Source: Eledone cirrhosa (taxonomy: Eukaryota). Taken from it: 64,000 nucleotides of DNA. Position numbers and translations under genes: made by a program. Below, in pieces: positions 1 through 11,070 of this stretch (positions are counted from its first letter, which is position 1; each line of letters opens with the position of its first letter). The notes under the pieces are model-generated. The model saw nothing but the letters and a program-made list of their open reading frames with translations. It searched no databases and was not told the DNA's origin. The stretch is from NCBI GenBank assembly GCA_964016885.1, contig OZ024746.1:43772001-43836000 (forward strand), read 5' to 3'.

Positions 1-592
1 CTAGATGGGATACCTCACCTCTAGCCATTTTCAATTCAATTTATCAAGGAACATTCAATTTCTGTCATTGCAATATTTCTGTTTCCTGTTTCAAATTCAA
101 TGCTGAAAACTGAAGACACACTCTGCTCTTGTTCATTTTAAAGCTTTGGGATCTGAAGAATATTACACATTATTGATAAATCTTTTTCAGTCTATTTTAA
201 ATTTGGTATCCTGACTTTTGTGTTTGCCAATCATTGCTAATTTTTATCCTAATTCTTGATATTTCCTATTAATATTAGCTCTCACTATCTGCATTCGCAG
301 TACTCATGTGTTTATAAATCAAAATAATAAATTTAAGGTTTTGAGATACAGTAATGTTCCAAAAACTATGGCTTCAAATAGCACAGTTGTTGAATGAAAA
401 CTGTTCATAAACTGGCAATAAATTCTGAAAAATACAAATAGAAGCAGGTAGGACTGGGTGGTTACATTGCATCCACACGTGTTTGTGTTCAGTTCCACTA
501 CATGGCATCTTGAGTGTTTTCTACCGATGACACTGTTTCACACATGTGAAATTTTTTAGGCAGAAACTGTGGAAAGCTATCATAAATATATA

Positions 593-669
593 CAGGGTGT
601 CCCAAAAAATGTATACACATATTTATTAGAAGGCTATTAAAGTCTGTATACATTTTGGGGGGCACCCTG
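593..669. mobile_element. 77-bp Tc1/mariner-type MITE
   Basis: TIRs CAGGGTGTCCCAAAAAATGTATAC / GTATACATTTTGGGGGGCACCCTG, flanked by TA on the left and TG (decayed TA) on the right. Confidence 0.75.
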
Positions 670-970
670 TGCATGTGTGTGTGCGCACATGTGCATGCGT
701 GTGTGTGTCTGCGTTTACATATCCAACTTGAAAAAATAAGAACTCGGGTCAATGTAGCCACAGAGTGAAACAGCTAAAAAAATGTACAGATGTAACAGAA
801 AACAATTTAACAAATGCCATGTGTTTAAAGCAATGAACAGGAAATAAACTTTATCAACTTTATATCGATAGATAGAATGTTGCTGATGCAGATCTGCACC
901 AATTACTTAAGATTCAAATTTTATTCTATTCTGATGATATATTCATGAAACATTATTTTAATGAAATGAT

Positions 971-1157
971 GGGTGGTGAATTGGCAGTATCGGTAGAGGG
1001 TCAGACGCAATGCTTTCTAGCATAGTTATGTCCCTTTATGATCTGAGTTCAAATCCCACCGAGGTTAACTTTGCCTTTCATTACGGGGGTCGATAAAATA
1101 AAGTACCAGTAATGTATTGGGTAATTGCTGGCCTTGTGCCAAAAAGTAGAAACAATT
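971..1157 (+). mobile_element. tRNA-derived SINE (family A, Meta/MESC-like body)
   Basis: A-box-like TGGCAGTATCGG, B-box GAGTTCAAATCC, body AACTTTGCCTTTCAT..GGGGTCGATAAAATAAAGTACCAGT; TSD attattttaat(g/a)aaatgat at 952-970 and 1155-1173. Confidence 0.9.
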
Positions 1158-2229
1158 ATTTTAATAAAATGATATTTAGATTGCTGAATTAGAATATTTA
1201 TTCAGAAGCTCTTGAAATCTTAACATTTGAGATGAATAACATTTTACTCCAGCATGGTCACAATCTAATTTCAAACCAGTAATAGAAAGAATAAAAAGAA
1301 CGTGTGTGTGTGTCTCTCTCTCTCTCTTCACACACACAGTGCCTCAAATATTAATTGGTATATTAGTGACTTGTGAGAAACCCTGTAAATATAGAAGGAA
1401 CTACACAATGGCAACACAATCCATTGAGAAAAGATCTCAATGTAGTTAAGTTTACTGGAAGCAGAGGTAGGTGATTCACAAGCACTGAAACAACTGACTC
1501 AAATGATTTTATATTTGTATACAAAAAGGAAACAGTGATTAATAAAAAATAAAAATGAAAACGTAGTACTTCAATGAAAATTGATGAATGCTCACATTAA
1601 GTATAGAAATCTGTGCAACAGAATTAAAGAATGTAGTCCAAAGTTCATCCTCTAGGCATTTTGGGATAATTCAATGGAAAATTCAGATTTATTACGATAA
1701 TTTCTTTTTTAATGTGATGCACATGATAACAAAAGAAATATTTGATTTATTTGGAACAAACATTTGTTACAAAACTGTCACACATGTACTCTTACATACA
1801 TGTGCATGTATATACATACTTGCAAATACACACATGCTTATTTATATATGTGTGTATGTATAGAGGAAGAGGGCTAGTTATGTGATATTATTGAACACAA
1901 TATTACACCATATTATTTCATTTGTATGTTACTCCAGATCATTAACTCACTAATTAGTAGGCTGTATCCATTTAAGAAGTACTCTGTACTGATAGAACTT
2001 CAAGAATGTGCAAAAACCAATCTACTGGTAAAGTATAACACTGGATAGAACATTTATAGATGCTCCTACTATCCTTATTATAAGTGAAAGATTAAAAGAA
2101 AATTGGTGTGGAGCAATCAATATGGACTCACAAATGTGTGCTACCTCCAGACCATAAATAAAATAGTTAGATTGATAAACAATATCAAAACTGCACACCC
2201 ACATGTTTCTACACTAACAGCTCATTGAG

Positions 2230-2408
2230 GCAGTTACATTACTCTATATTTGATTTATCTCACATAATATCAAATCTATGAGATTTTGATATTTATTTGG
2301 AGAAGAATAACTTATCAGTGTGAATGGCCGTTTACACAGCTGGTTTGAACAGAAAGAGGTGAGAGAATTCTTGTTGGATATAGCAGGTTTAAATGCTAAA
2401 AGGTTAAT
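2230..2408. mobile_element. piggyBac-type MITE remnant
   Basis: Ends in TTTAAATGCTAAAAGG-TTAA; last ~70 bp resemble the end of the piggyBac derivative (12099-12168). Confidence 0.5.
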
Positions 2409-2445
2409 ATAAATAACAACTGGATTAACAACACCCAAAGCCACA

Positions 2446-2925
2446 AATAATAATAATAATAATAATGCTTTCTTTATTAACCACAAGGGTTTACACAAAG
2501 TAAGACATTAAGGACAGTACAGGACAATACAGGACGGTACAAATGGGCATTTATGCATGTTAAAAAAAAAAACAGAGGATGTAACAAAAAAGAAACAATG
2601 AAAAATTCCCCAATAGGAGGGAGACTTCCGAGGGCCATCATGGAGAAAGCCCATTAAAAAAGCCACGGTGACCCTGACCACCAGGGCAAGTGTCCTCTCC
2701 AAGTTTTCCACCTTCAATTTACAGGCACATACTCAGAGTAGGTCCATTCTCACCCATCTTTCAACAAAATGCTGGGAAGAGAGCACTTCCCTCTCTATCC
2801 TGATTTTCCTTTTCAAATGAAATTTGAAAAAGTTAATCAGGGCATCACCGAAGAGGTAAGTGCTCGTCTTCAGCCCTTTCAGATGCGTCCACCATACTAT
2901 CTCTTTCGCCATGGCCACCAGACAG
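2446..2925 (-). mobile_element. 5'-truncated Tx1/L1-group LINE (ORF2 C-terminus, 3' UTR, (ATT)n tail)
   Basis: Peptide CLVAMAKEIVWWTHLKG...FFKFHLKRKIRIERE...FVERW fits the Tx1-type AKxxIW...F...R..E...F...W C-terminus; AATAAA then (ATT)n tail; (AAT)n on both flanks (2446-2466, 2926-2939). Confidence 0.7.
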
Positions 2926-2939
2926 ATAATAATAATAAT

Positions 2940-3148
2940 GATAGTAATGGTTTCTGATTTAAGCACAACAATCTTGTGGGAGGGGCAAGTCAATTAAAGT
3001 ACCAGTGCATAACTGGTACTTTATTTTATTGACTTTTTAAAGATGAAAGGTAACGCTAGCCTCAACTGGATTTGAAATCAGAAGATAAAAGGGCTGAATA
3101 TGCCACAAACAGTGGTGTCTGATGCTCTACTGATACTGCAAATTCACA
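2940..3148 (-). mobile_element. Old, diverged SINE family A copy
   Basis: Reverse-complement similarity to the body (ctggtactttattttattgac..gatgaaagg..ggatttgaaatcaga) and head (ctctactgatactgcaaattcac). Confidence 0.7.
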
Positions 3149-3407
3149 AATACAATGTATTTTAGTGCAGAATATAATATAGCAAGTGTTACACATCATA
3201 TGATGAGCATTGTTGGGAATATACGTTTGTCACTGAGTAATATCAGATAATGTTACATATATTCTTTTACTTTTCTCATTTGACTAAGTTTTCTCAAAGG
3301 AGAAAACCTAGTCAAAGGAGAAAACCCAGCTGAGGCCATGTACTACTTCTTCTGAGAGGTTTGTAGAGGCAATGTACTCAAACACTCCTTCCAGCAGGTA
3401 CTGTCCA

Positions 3408-4033
3408 GCGTATCCTCAAGTATGGTTTGCTAACTTGTTGTGGAACTAACTTTATACTGAACATGTACTTACTAAGGATATAACCACCTGGTGTTTTACC
3501 ACTGAGTATAAAAGGAATAAAATATAGTGTGCAAGAGAGAAAATTGCACTGATGTCCATTGGAAGAAGAAGTGGTAAGGGTAGAGACAAGTGGACGGCTG
3601 TTGTGCTGGAGAGGATTCATCTAATACATTTAAGCATGGAAAATAAGTGGTAATGTAGTGATGATGATGATTTTCATCATCATCATCTCCAAGTGTACTT
3701 TACCCAGTTTTCTCAATATCATTTATAGTGATTTGGGTGGTGGATTGGCAGTATCGGTAGAGTTGGACTTTATGATCTGAGTTCAAATCCTGCCAAGCCT
3801 AACTTTGCCTTTCATCCTTATGGAGTCGATAAAATAAAGTACCAGTAATGCACTGGGATAATTGCAGGCCTTGTGCCAAAAGTAGAAACAATTATTTATA
3901 GTGATTTCCACTTGGCATAGTAATTTACATTGAGACATCCACATTTGATAGCAGGGAAAATTGACATTAAATTATGATATATATATATAATCCATCTTTG
4001 AACCCTTAACTCATGGAGTCAAAGGAGAAAACC
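3408..4033 (+). repeat. Local segmental duplication, copy 1 (paralog of 9350-9786)
   Basis: Collinear, roughly 90% identical by eye to 9350-9786; this copy carries an extra SINE. Confidence 0.9.
3735..3893 (+). mobile_element. SINE family A, internally deleted, with TSD
   Basis: Same family as 971-1157; TSD atttatagtgattt at 3721-3734 and 3894-3907; empty site at 9680-9693. Confidence 0.92.
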
Positions 4034-4039
4034 CAGCTG

Positions 4040-4445
4040 AGGCTTTTTCTTCTGAGAGGGTTGTGGAGGCAGTGTACTCAAACACTCCTTCCAGCAGGTC
4101 CTGTCAGAAGCAACTATCTCAAAATTATCCAGCTGGGTCCCCAAGCAAGACCAACCAAGCTCGTGGATGCTATCCATCCATCTTGCTTGGGGTCTACTAC
4201 TTCTGAGACTCCTGCTGGTTGGTTTTATCCATAAAATATATCCAGCGATTCTTTCCTGAGACATTCTAACCACATGCCCATAGTATAAGAGGTATGATTT
4301 CTCAGTTCAGAGAAGTAGTGGCTCTATCTGAAGTGATTCTCTGATCTCACACATTTTATTGAGTAACATTACGCCGAAGACCCTTTGGAGGAATCCCATT
4401 TTGGCCTCTTTTATTCGCAATTGTATTCTTTCAGTCATTATCAAA
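4040..4445 (-). mobile_element. RTE-clade LINE 3' fragment
   Basis: GHVVRMSQERIA...RPQARWMD...ASDRTCWK C-terminal RTE motifs; same family as 56400-58290; short duplicate at 3310-3407. Confidence 0.85.
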
Positions 4446-4779
4446 AAGGCCATGTACGATAATTAAAATGTTACTTTGCTCAATGTCATTGTACTTATAC
4501 AACATAATGAAATGGTTACTAATTGTCAACAAACTACATTTATTAAATTAACAGAAAATTAAACTAAACAAATTTCTCATTTGTATATTTGCAATAAATA
4601 TATTACCAGTAACAATTACACTGTTGCACTATATTAATAACAGATTAATTAATTAATTAATTTCATGTAAGTTAGCCTATCCTAACAACCAATAATGAGT
4701 ATTAGTAGTATTGATGAAACACACACTCTCATTTATAGGGGTATAACTTAATCTTCCCCTCTTACTTTCTCTCTCTTGG

Positions 4780-4828
4780 TATATATATATATATATATAC
4801 ACATATATATATATATACATATATATAT
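4780..4828. repeat. (TA)n microsatellite
   Basis: Interrupted TA tract. Confidence 0.9.
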
Positions 4829-4916
4829 GAATGTGTATATTGCAATACACTGTATGCTTAATTAAAAGCATTTTGAAGACCTTACACTATTGTTTTAAAG
4901 TAGTAACTTACTTCTT

Positions 4917-5008
4917 TTTTCAGCAAACAAAGGGAGATAAGCTGACAGATCTCTGTTTTGTACTGTTGGTACTCCTCCGAGCTTACCACTCCCTTTGCCT
5001 GCTGAAAA
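4917..5008 (-). other. 92-nt inverted repeat / hairpin
   Basis: Arms TTTTCAGCAGGCAAAGGGAG-TG-GTAAGCT / AGCTTAT-CTCCCTTTGTTTGCTGAAAA (minus strand); mismatches are G-U on the minus strand. Confidence 0.7.
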
Positions 5009-5104
5009 TTATGAATGTTGGATTCTTATAGAATTCCAGTAATAATCAGGAACTGATTATACAGAGCAGTTGCCGGTCTAGCAAAAATTGAAAATTAGAA
5101 TTGG

Positions 5105-5186
5105 TGCTTTGAGATAGCGATATATATAGTGTATTGCAAAATACACTATATATATACATTCATATATATATCGCTATTTCAGAGCA
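5105..5186 (+). other. Nested inverted repeat / hairpin
   Basis: TGCTTTGAGATAGCGATATATATA / TATATATATCGCTATTTCAGAGCA, enclosing GTGTATT-GCAA-AATACAC. Confidence 0.7.
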
Positions 5187-5499
5187 AGGGATTGACACTC
5201 CAAATTCACTATTCTCCTTTTACTTTCCTCCACTTTTCAAATTAAATGACACGGCGGTTCAGTTATATTCAAATATTGTAAGCGCGTCCATTGAGAATAT
5301 CGTTACGATGTTTGCGAAAATGTAAAACAAATATTTATATCGCAGACAGAAATGTTGACTTTTATTTCTAGATACTATTTTTATATAATTGTCTGCTGGT
5401 GGATTTTGTATTTCGCTCTATGTCTTCACCATTAACAAGAAGAAGGCAATGACGACAACAGTGACATTAACAACAACAACAACTCTACCATTAACAAGA

Positions 5500-8400
5500 G
5501 GAAGCCAACCCCAGCATCAGTGACTCACCACCAGCCACTAGGTCCTATGACAAACTGCTGTTGCTCGCATGTGTGCGTGCTGAACTCTGGGTCTTTCTGC
5601 TTGGAACAACCCCTTGTTTTCTCCCCCCCCCCCCTTTATTTTCGTGTACATCCATCCATTCACTCATTCATTTACTGCCATTCTACTTTCCTGTATCTCC
5701 CCCTTCATGCAGCCCCTTTTCGCTCTCGTTTTCTGGTACCTCCATATATATAGGTGAGCTATGCGGCCCTCTTACCAACGCTTTCCCTCCCACCCACACA
5801 CACCACCCACCCACCCCTGATGCCACTCAGTGCCCCAGTCCCCGGCCCCACGTCCCATCCCCCACCCCTCCAAATCGACACCTGCATCACTTTTGGCACC
5901 ACTAACAAATGGAAGAGGGGCCGGAACTGTTTGGGGTGCGGCTGCTTCCACCACCTCACCTGCGTTGGCTTGACTCATCGAGCTTCCAATGCCCTCGCAG
6001 CATGGAGGTGCAGGAGCTGCCTCTTCCCAGCCACGGCCATCTGGTCACACCACCAAATGGGACAGTGAGCTTGCCTGACGCCCGAGCCTCGCTGGTCAAC
6101 ATCGCTCGGCTCAGGCGGCTCCGGAAGATCCCACTCAGGATCCCGAGAGCGGCATGGGTGCCGGTAGCCGATGCTCTCGCTTCCTCGATTGAGAGTGCCC
6201 TAGACTCCAATCGAGCCAGTGACTGGGAGCGGCTGTTCTATTTTGCCCCACTCGCCCTCGGCCTCCCCAGCTCTGGCGCTGACAGGGGCGGCCGGTCAAC
6301 AGCAGCCTTTGTCAAGGCCAATGTCTCGTCATTTGGGCGAGTGCCCATTCCAAGCGTGCCCAGGGATGCCACACACCCCACCCTCAGGTATCCCCTATCC
6401 TCCACCCCCGAGGCCAGCGCCAAGCGTTTGCGTAACCAGGTAAACGCAAAGCTTATCATGGGTGATGTCTCGGCTGCAGTCAGAGTTGTTGCCTCAGAGG
6501 ACACTGTCCTCCAACCCACCGAGGAGGTCCTGGCTGCTCTGTGGCTCAAACACCCTGAGCCACCCACTGATCTCAGACCCATACTCCCACCCAACCCCCA
6601 CTTGCTCCTTGTGGCTACTGATGCAGATATCATGTCTGCCATCAGGTCCTTCCAAGCTAGCAGCTGCAGAGGTGTTGATGGTCTCCAACCAGGCCACCTC
6701 AAGGAGTTGACATCCCCCCTCTCCACTGAGGCCAGGCGCCACCTTCTGAGTGCAATTGTGGTGCTCACCAATAGGCTCATTCATGGTGCCCTCGACCCTT
6801 ACGCCCGAGGCCTCTTTTTTTTTGGCCAGCCTCACTGCTCTCAGGAAGAAAGAGGGTGGCATACGCCCCATTGCTGTGGGCAATGTCTTCCGGAGGTTGG
6901 CTGCCAAGGTGATCTGCAAGTCCGTCACACCAAACTGGGTGAGGAGTTTAGTTCGGTGAAACTGGGTGTTGGCATGTCCGGTGGCTGTGAGGGGGCCGCT
7001 CATGCAATCAGGCAGTTCTTCAGCAGCTGCCCATCGGTACCAGCATCCAGGGACTCCAGGCACCTCATTGTCAAGCTGGACATGAGGAATACCTTTAACT
7101 CTTTACGCCGAGATCATCTGCTTGAGGCCTGCCTCAGCCGAGCCCCCTCTGCCTACCCGCTGGCCTACCTGTCATATGAAGCCACGAGCATGCTCCTAGC
7201 TGCTGATACGGTTATACCCTCGACTACTGGGATCTAACAGGGTGACCCTTTGGGACCCCTCCTGTTCGCCCTTGGTATTGACCACATCGCCCGGAGTATT
7301 ACGGCCCCTCTCAACATTTGGTATCTGTATGATGCTACATTGGGTGGGCCCATACGGACGGTCTGCCATGACCTTCAATCGGTGGTTCCTGCCCTGGTGG
7401 GAATCAGCCTCCAGGTCAACTCGGCCAAGTCGGAGGTGATGAACGTCAGCCTCGATGCTGCGAGCTTTGCAGCCTCCGTCTTACACATGCGGTCCATTCT
7501 CCGCCAGGTTCAGATGACCCCCAAAGAGGATATCCTCATCCTCGGGTCACCGATCCACCCGCCGGCCATCTGCTCCACCATCAGGTTCAGGCTTCAACAG
7601 CTCCAGACTCTCACGAGCCGACTGGGCTTGATTGATGGCCACCCAGCTCTCTTTCTGCTGAGGAACTGCTTCGCCATGCCACTCCGCAGCGCTCCATGCT
7701 ACACCCAGACATCTCTCCTCGCTGACCTCGATACTTGTATCTGAGCAGCAGCCGAGGGGATATGCAACGTCAAGTTTGACGACATATGGTGGCAACAGGC
7801 TACTTTACCGGTCAGGTATGGCGGCCTTGGCCTCCGATCTCACTAGCTTTGCCGGCGTATCTTTTGTCAGTAACCTCATGCCGCATCCTCATCAGCAGGG
7901 TTCTTCAAAGCACAACAGACACCTCTGGGTTCAGAGAACGTGAGGCCGCCTGTGAGATGTGGGACCGGTTGGGACTTAGCCCAGTAGACGTCCCTCCTCC
8001 TTCTCCCCCTATTGACGTCAAGTCCCCCCAACTCACTTGGGATGCCATCCAGTGGAGCCTGGCCTCAGACAGGTTCACGCGCCAGCTCAACCATCACCGC
8101 CTTGCTTGTTTTTGTGCAGCCTCCAAACCCCACAGTGGTGCCTGGCTCCATGCCCTGCCCTCCTTCTCCACTGGCACGCAGCTAGACAAACATAGCCTGC
8201 GAATCGGCGTTTCCCTGAGGCTTGCCTCCAGATCTGCCAGCCACACCAATGTCGCTGCGGTTCCACCGTGGACTCTTTCGGCCTCCACCTGCTTTCCTGT
8301 CGCCACAGTGCCGGCCGCATTCCACACCATGCTGCCCTCAACGAGGTCATTAATCATGGATTGGACGCTGCAGGCTTCCCTTCCCAGCTCGAGCCGGTGG

Positions 8401-8870
8401 GGCTGGATTGAGGGGATGGCAAAAGGCCAGATGGCATGGCCATCTTCCCGTTCCGCAGTGGCAAACCCCTTGTCTGGGATGCCACTTGCACCGACACAAC
8501 CTGGTGCAGTCTGCATCTGACCCAGGTTCTGCTGCATGTCGGGCTGAGGGGGCCAAATTCCTCAAATATTGGTCGCTCTCCAACAGGTTTGCGGTTGTTC
8601 CCCTGACAGTGGAGACTTCTGGTGTCCATAAGCGCTGAGCTGGCCAGCCGCAGGTGTGAGCCCCATGAGCTGGAGTGGCTTTTCCAGCGCGTTTCCCTTG
8701 CCGTCCTCTGGGGAAACGCCTTCTCCATTCTGTCTGCCGGGACTGTGGGTGGGCCCCATTCATACCAATACATTAGTTAAATACCATTCTTTCATCTGAT
8801 ATATCTCTAAATTATAGTCGTAGACTAAAATTCTATTTAGGAAACCGAATAATAATAACTATAATAATAA
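5500..8870 (+). mobile_element. Near-full-length CRE-clade non-LTR retrotransposon (RT plus restriction-like endonuclease), decayed
   Basis: GC-rich island; RT motifs GGIRPIAVGNVFRRL, KLDMRNTFNSLRR, GI*QGDPLGPLLFAL, WYLYD; GAWLHALP; CRC..H...C zinc knuckle; KRPDG...VWD RLE; (AAT)n tail at 8848-8870; 5' boundary approximate. Confidence 0.9.
5877..8745 (+). pseudogene. Frameshifted CRE polyprotein (PHD-like finger, RT, CCHC, RLE)
   Basis: Assembled from ORFs 5754-6068, 5909-7237, 6750-6959, 7250-7744, 7786-8520 and 8408-8638 plus other frames; in-frame stops (7235, 8409) and YLDD changed to YLYD. Confidence 0.88.
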
Positions 8871-9349
8871 AAAAATTCTAATATATATTTAAAAATATAC
8901 ATTACATCTCAATGAATAATAATGCATAGAATATAATTCAGAGAAGTTTATAAATTCAAATATAGAACCATCTCAAACAAGGTTCAGAATTGACCAAAGG
9001 GAAAATCACAATAAAGTACTTTAAAATAAAAAAACTTATAAGCTTCTAACCCCAGAAGTAAATTTCTCTTCAAGCAACCTGAATTTTTCCCCTTACTGCA
9101 GTTTGACATGTTAAAGTAACATAAATTTGACATCTGAATCAATTAAGATTATTATTTCTGCCAGATTTTGTTTGATCATCAGAGAGGATTTCTGTTCATA
9201 GTAAGAGAGATAAGATATATTTACTGGTTGCTGGACCCATGTACACCTGAAATACCTTGTTGAAATCCATACGCAAAGACGAGTCAGTTTATATACACTT
9301 CCATTTTTCAGCACAACCTCATGCAAGTTGAAAATCCTTTGGGTGAAAT

Positions 9350-9786
9350 GCGTGTCCTCGAGTATGGTTTGCTAATTTGTTGTGGAACTAACTTTATACT
9401 GAACGTGTACTTACTAAGTATATAACCACCTGGTGTTTTACCACTGAGTATAAGAGGAATAGAATATAGTGTGCAAGAGAGAAAATTGCACTGATATTGA
9501 TATATAATATATGTGGATGATGTCCACTGGAGGAAGAAGTGGTAAGGGTAGAGACAAGTGGACGGTTGCTGTGCTGAAGAGGATTCATCTAATACATGTA
9601 AGCATGGAAAATAAGTGGTAATGTAGTGATGATTTTCATCATCATCTCCAATTGTACTTTATCCAGTTTTCTCAATATTATTTATAGTGATTTTCACTTA
9701 CATTGAGACATCCACATTTGATAGCAGAGAAAATTGACATTAAATTATCTTTGAATCCTTAACTCATGGAGTCAAAGGAGCAAACC
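9350..9786 (+). repeat. Local segmental duplication, copy 2 (empty of the SINE)
   Basis: Collinear match to 3408-4033. Confidence 0.9.
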
Positions 9787-10083
9787 TAGTAGGACCTGTC
9801 CCTCTTCAGGGAGAGAGAAAGAACAAACTACTCCATTATTGGAGTGGTATTCTTAGAAAATTACAAGATAAAATTTGACCTTGGTGGGATTAGAGCACAG
9901 AGAACTGGGACAAATTCTGCAAGTTGTTCTCTATTATGCTCTAACAGCTCTGCCATTTCACACCCCACCACACACATATAAATCGATTAAAATTTCTTAA
10001 ATTACTACATGAGGTATTCGAACTTACACATTCTTATTTAGTTTTCAGGCACCAATAATTTCATTCAAGTTATTCATCTAAAT

Positions 10084-10249
10084 CAGTGGTTCTCAACCGG
10101 GGTCCACATGGACCCTGGGAGTCCATGTAATATTCCTGGGGGTCCACAGGCAAAAAGTATTCTTTTGTCGAATAGCTATGAGGGGGTCCAACCCCCCCAA
10201 AATAAGGGAAATGGTGTCCATGAGTAAAAAAAATGGTTGAGAACCACTG
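10084..10249. mobile_element. hAT (Charlie/Buster-type) MITE
   Basis: Perfect 15-bp TIR CAGTGGTTCTCAACC; 8-bp TSD ATCTAAAT at 10076-10083 and 10250-10257. Confidence 0.93.
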
Positions 10250-11070
10250 ATCTAAATCAACCTCAAGAGATAAAAAACAAAGATTAATAAGGATAATGAT
10301 GATATGTTCTTCACATGATTCATAACAAATGTTAACTTTAGTACAACACCATAAATTTATGGGGAGGAGGTGATAGAATCACCTTCCTATATTACTGATG
10401 TTAATAAAAGTGAAAATTTAGCCCCACCAGAATTAGAACTCATAAACAACTAAATTCCACAATACAATTTCCCTCAGTGTTCTACTATTTCTCATTAACA
10501 GCAATTGTCTTTCTATATCCAACTGTCTATCAATCTATTTGGTTATAAACTGTCTTCAAGCAACCTGTCGTTATTAGACATATCACAATGTTCAAACTCC
10601 ATTAATGGCAACACATTAACTTCTCTAAGTCCCAAGAGACAAGCTAAAATTGACTGTTCTCAATCAACAGATCTCTATTCCTCTATACATTCAAAGACGA
10701 ATATGATAGTAAAATGCAAAACAGACAAGTTTATAAAAAGCAAAATAGCTTTATTAAACAATAATCGTAAATAATGTTATTTATGAGACAACTCTTCCAC
10801 ATAAAATGATGTAACAAATTGCCAAAAACATTTAATCTAATGCCACATCATCAAAATTAAAAACATTCAAATGTACAAGAAATGGGGAATACAAAATGTG
10901 AAACAGCAAACAGGTTTCGCTCCTCAGAAAAATCCAATCTTATTTTAACTAATCAATAAAAGATTAATTAATAATTAATCAGTAGCATTTTGCCCATACA
11001 ACAATTCATATCTCTGCACAAATCCCTGTTTACAGGGAAGACAGAGTATTTGATACCTGAATCTGTTAAC

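Noticed and set aside
921-960. CTGATGA..GAAA hammerhead-like motif
   Set aside because: Stem II has only 2 bp and there is no stem I or III; likely chance in AT-rich DNA
6238-8773. Long antisense ORFs over the CRE element
   Set aside because: By-products of high GC; no recognisable motifs
9111-9326. ORF or candidate exon on minus
   Set aside because: No recognisable domain and a weak donor site
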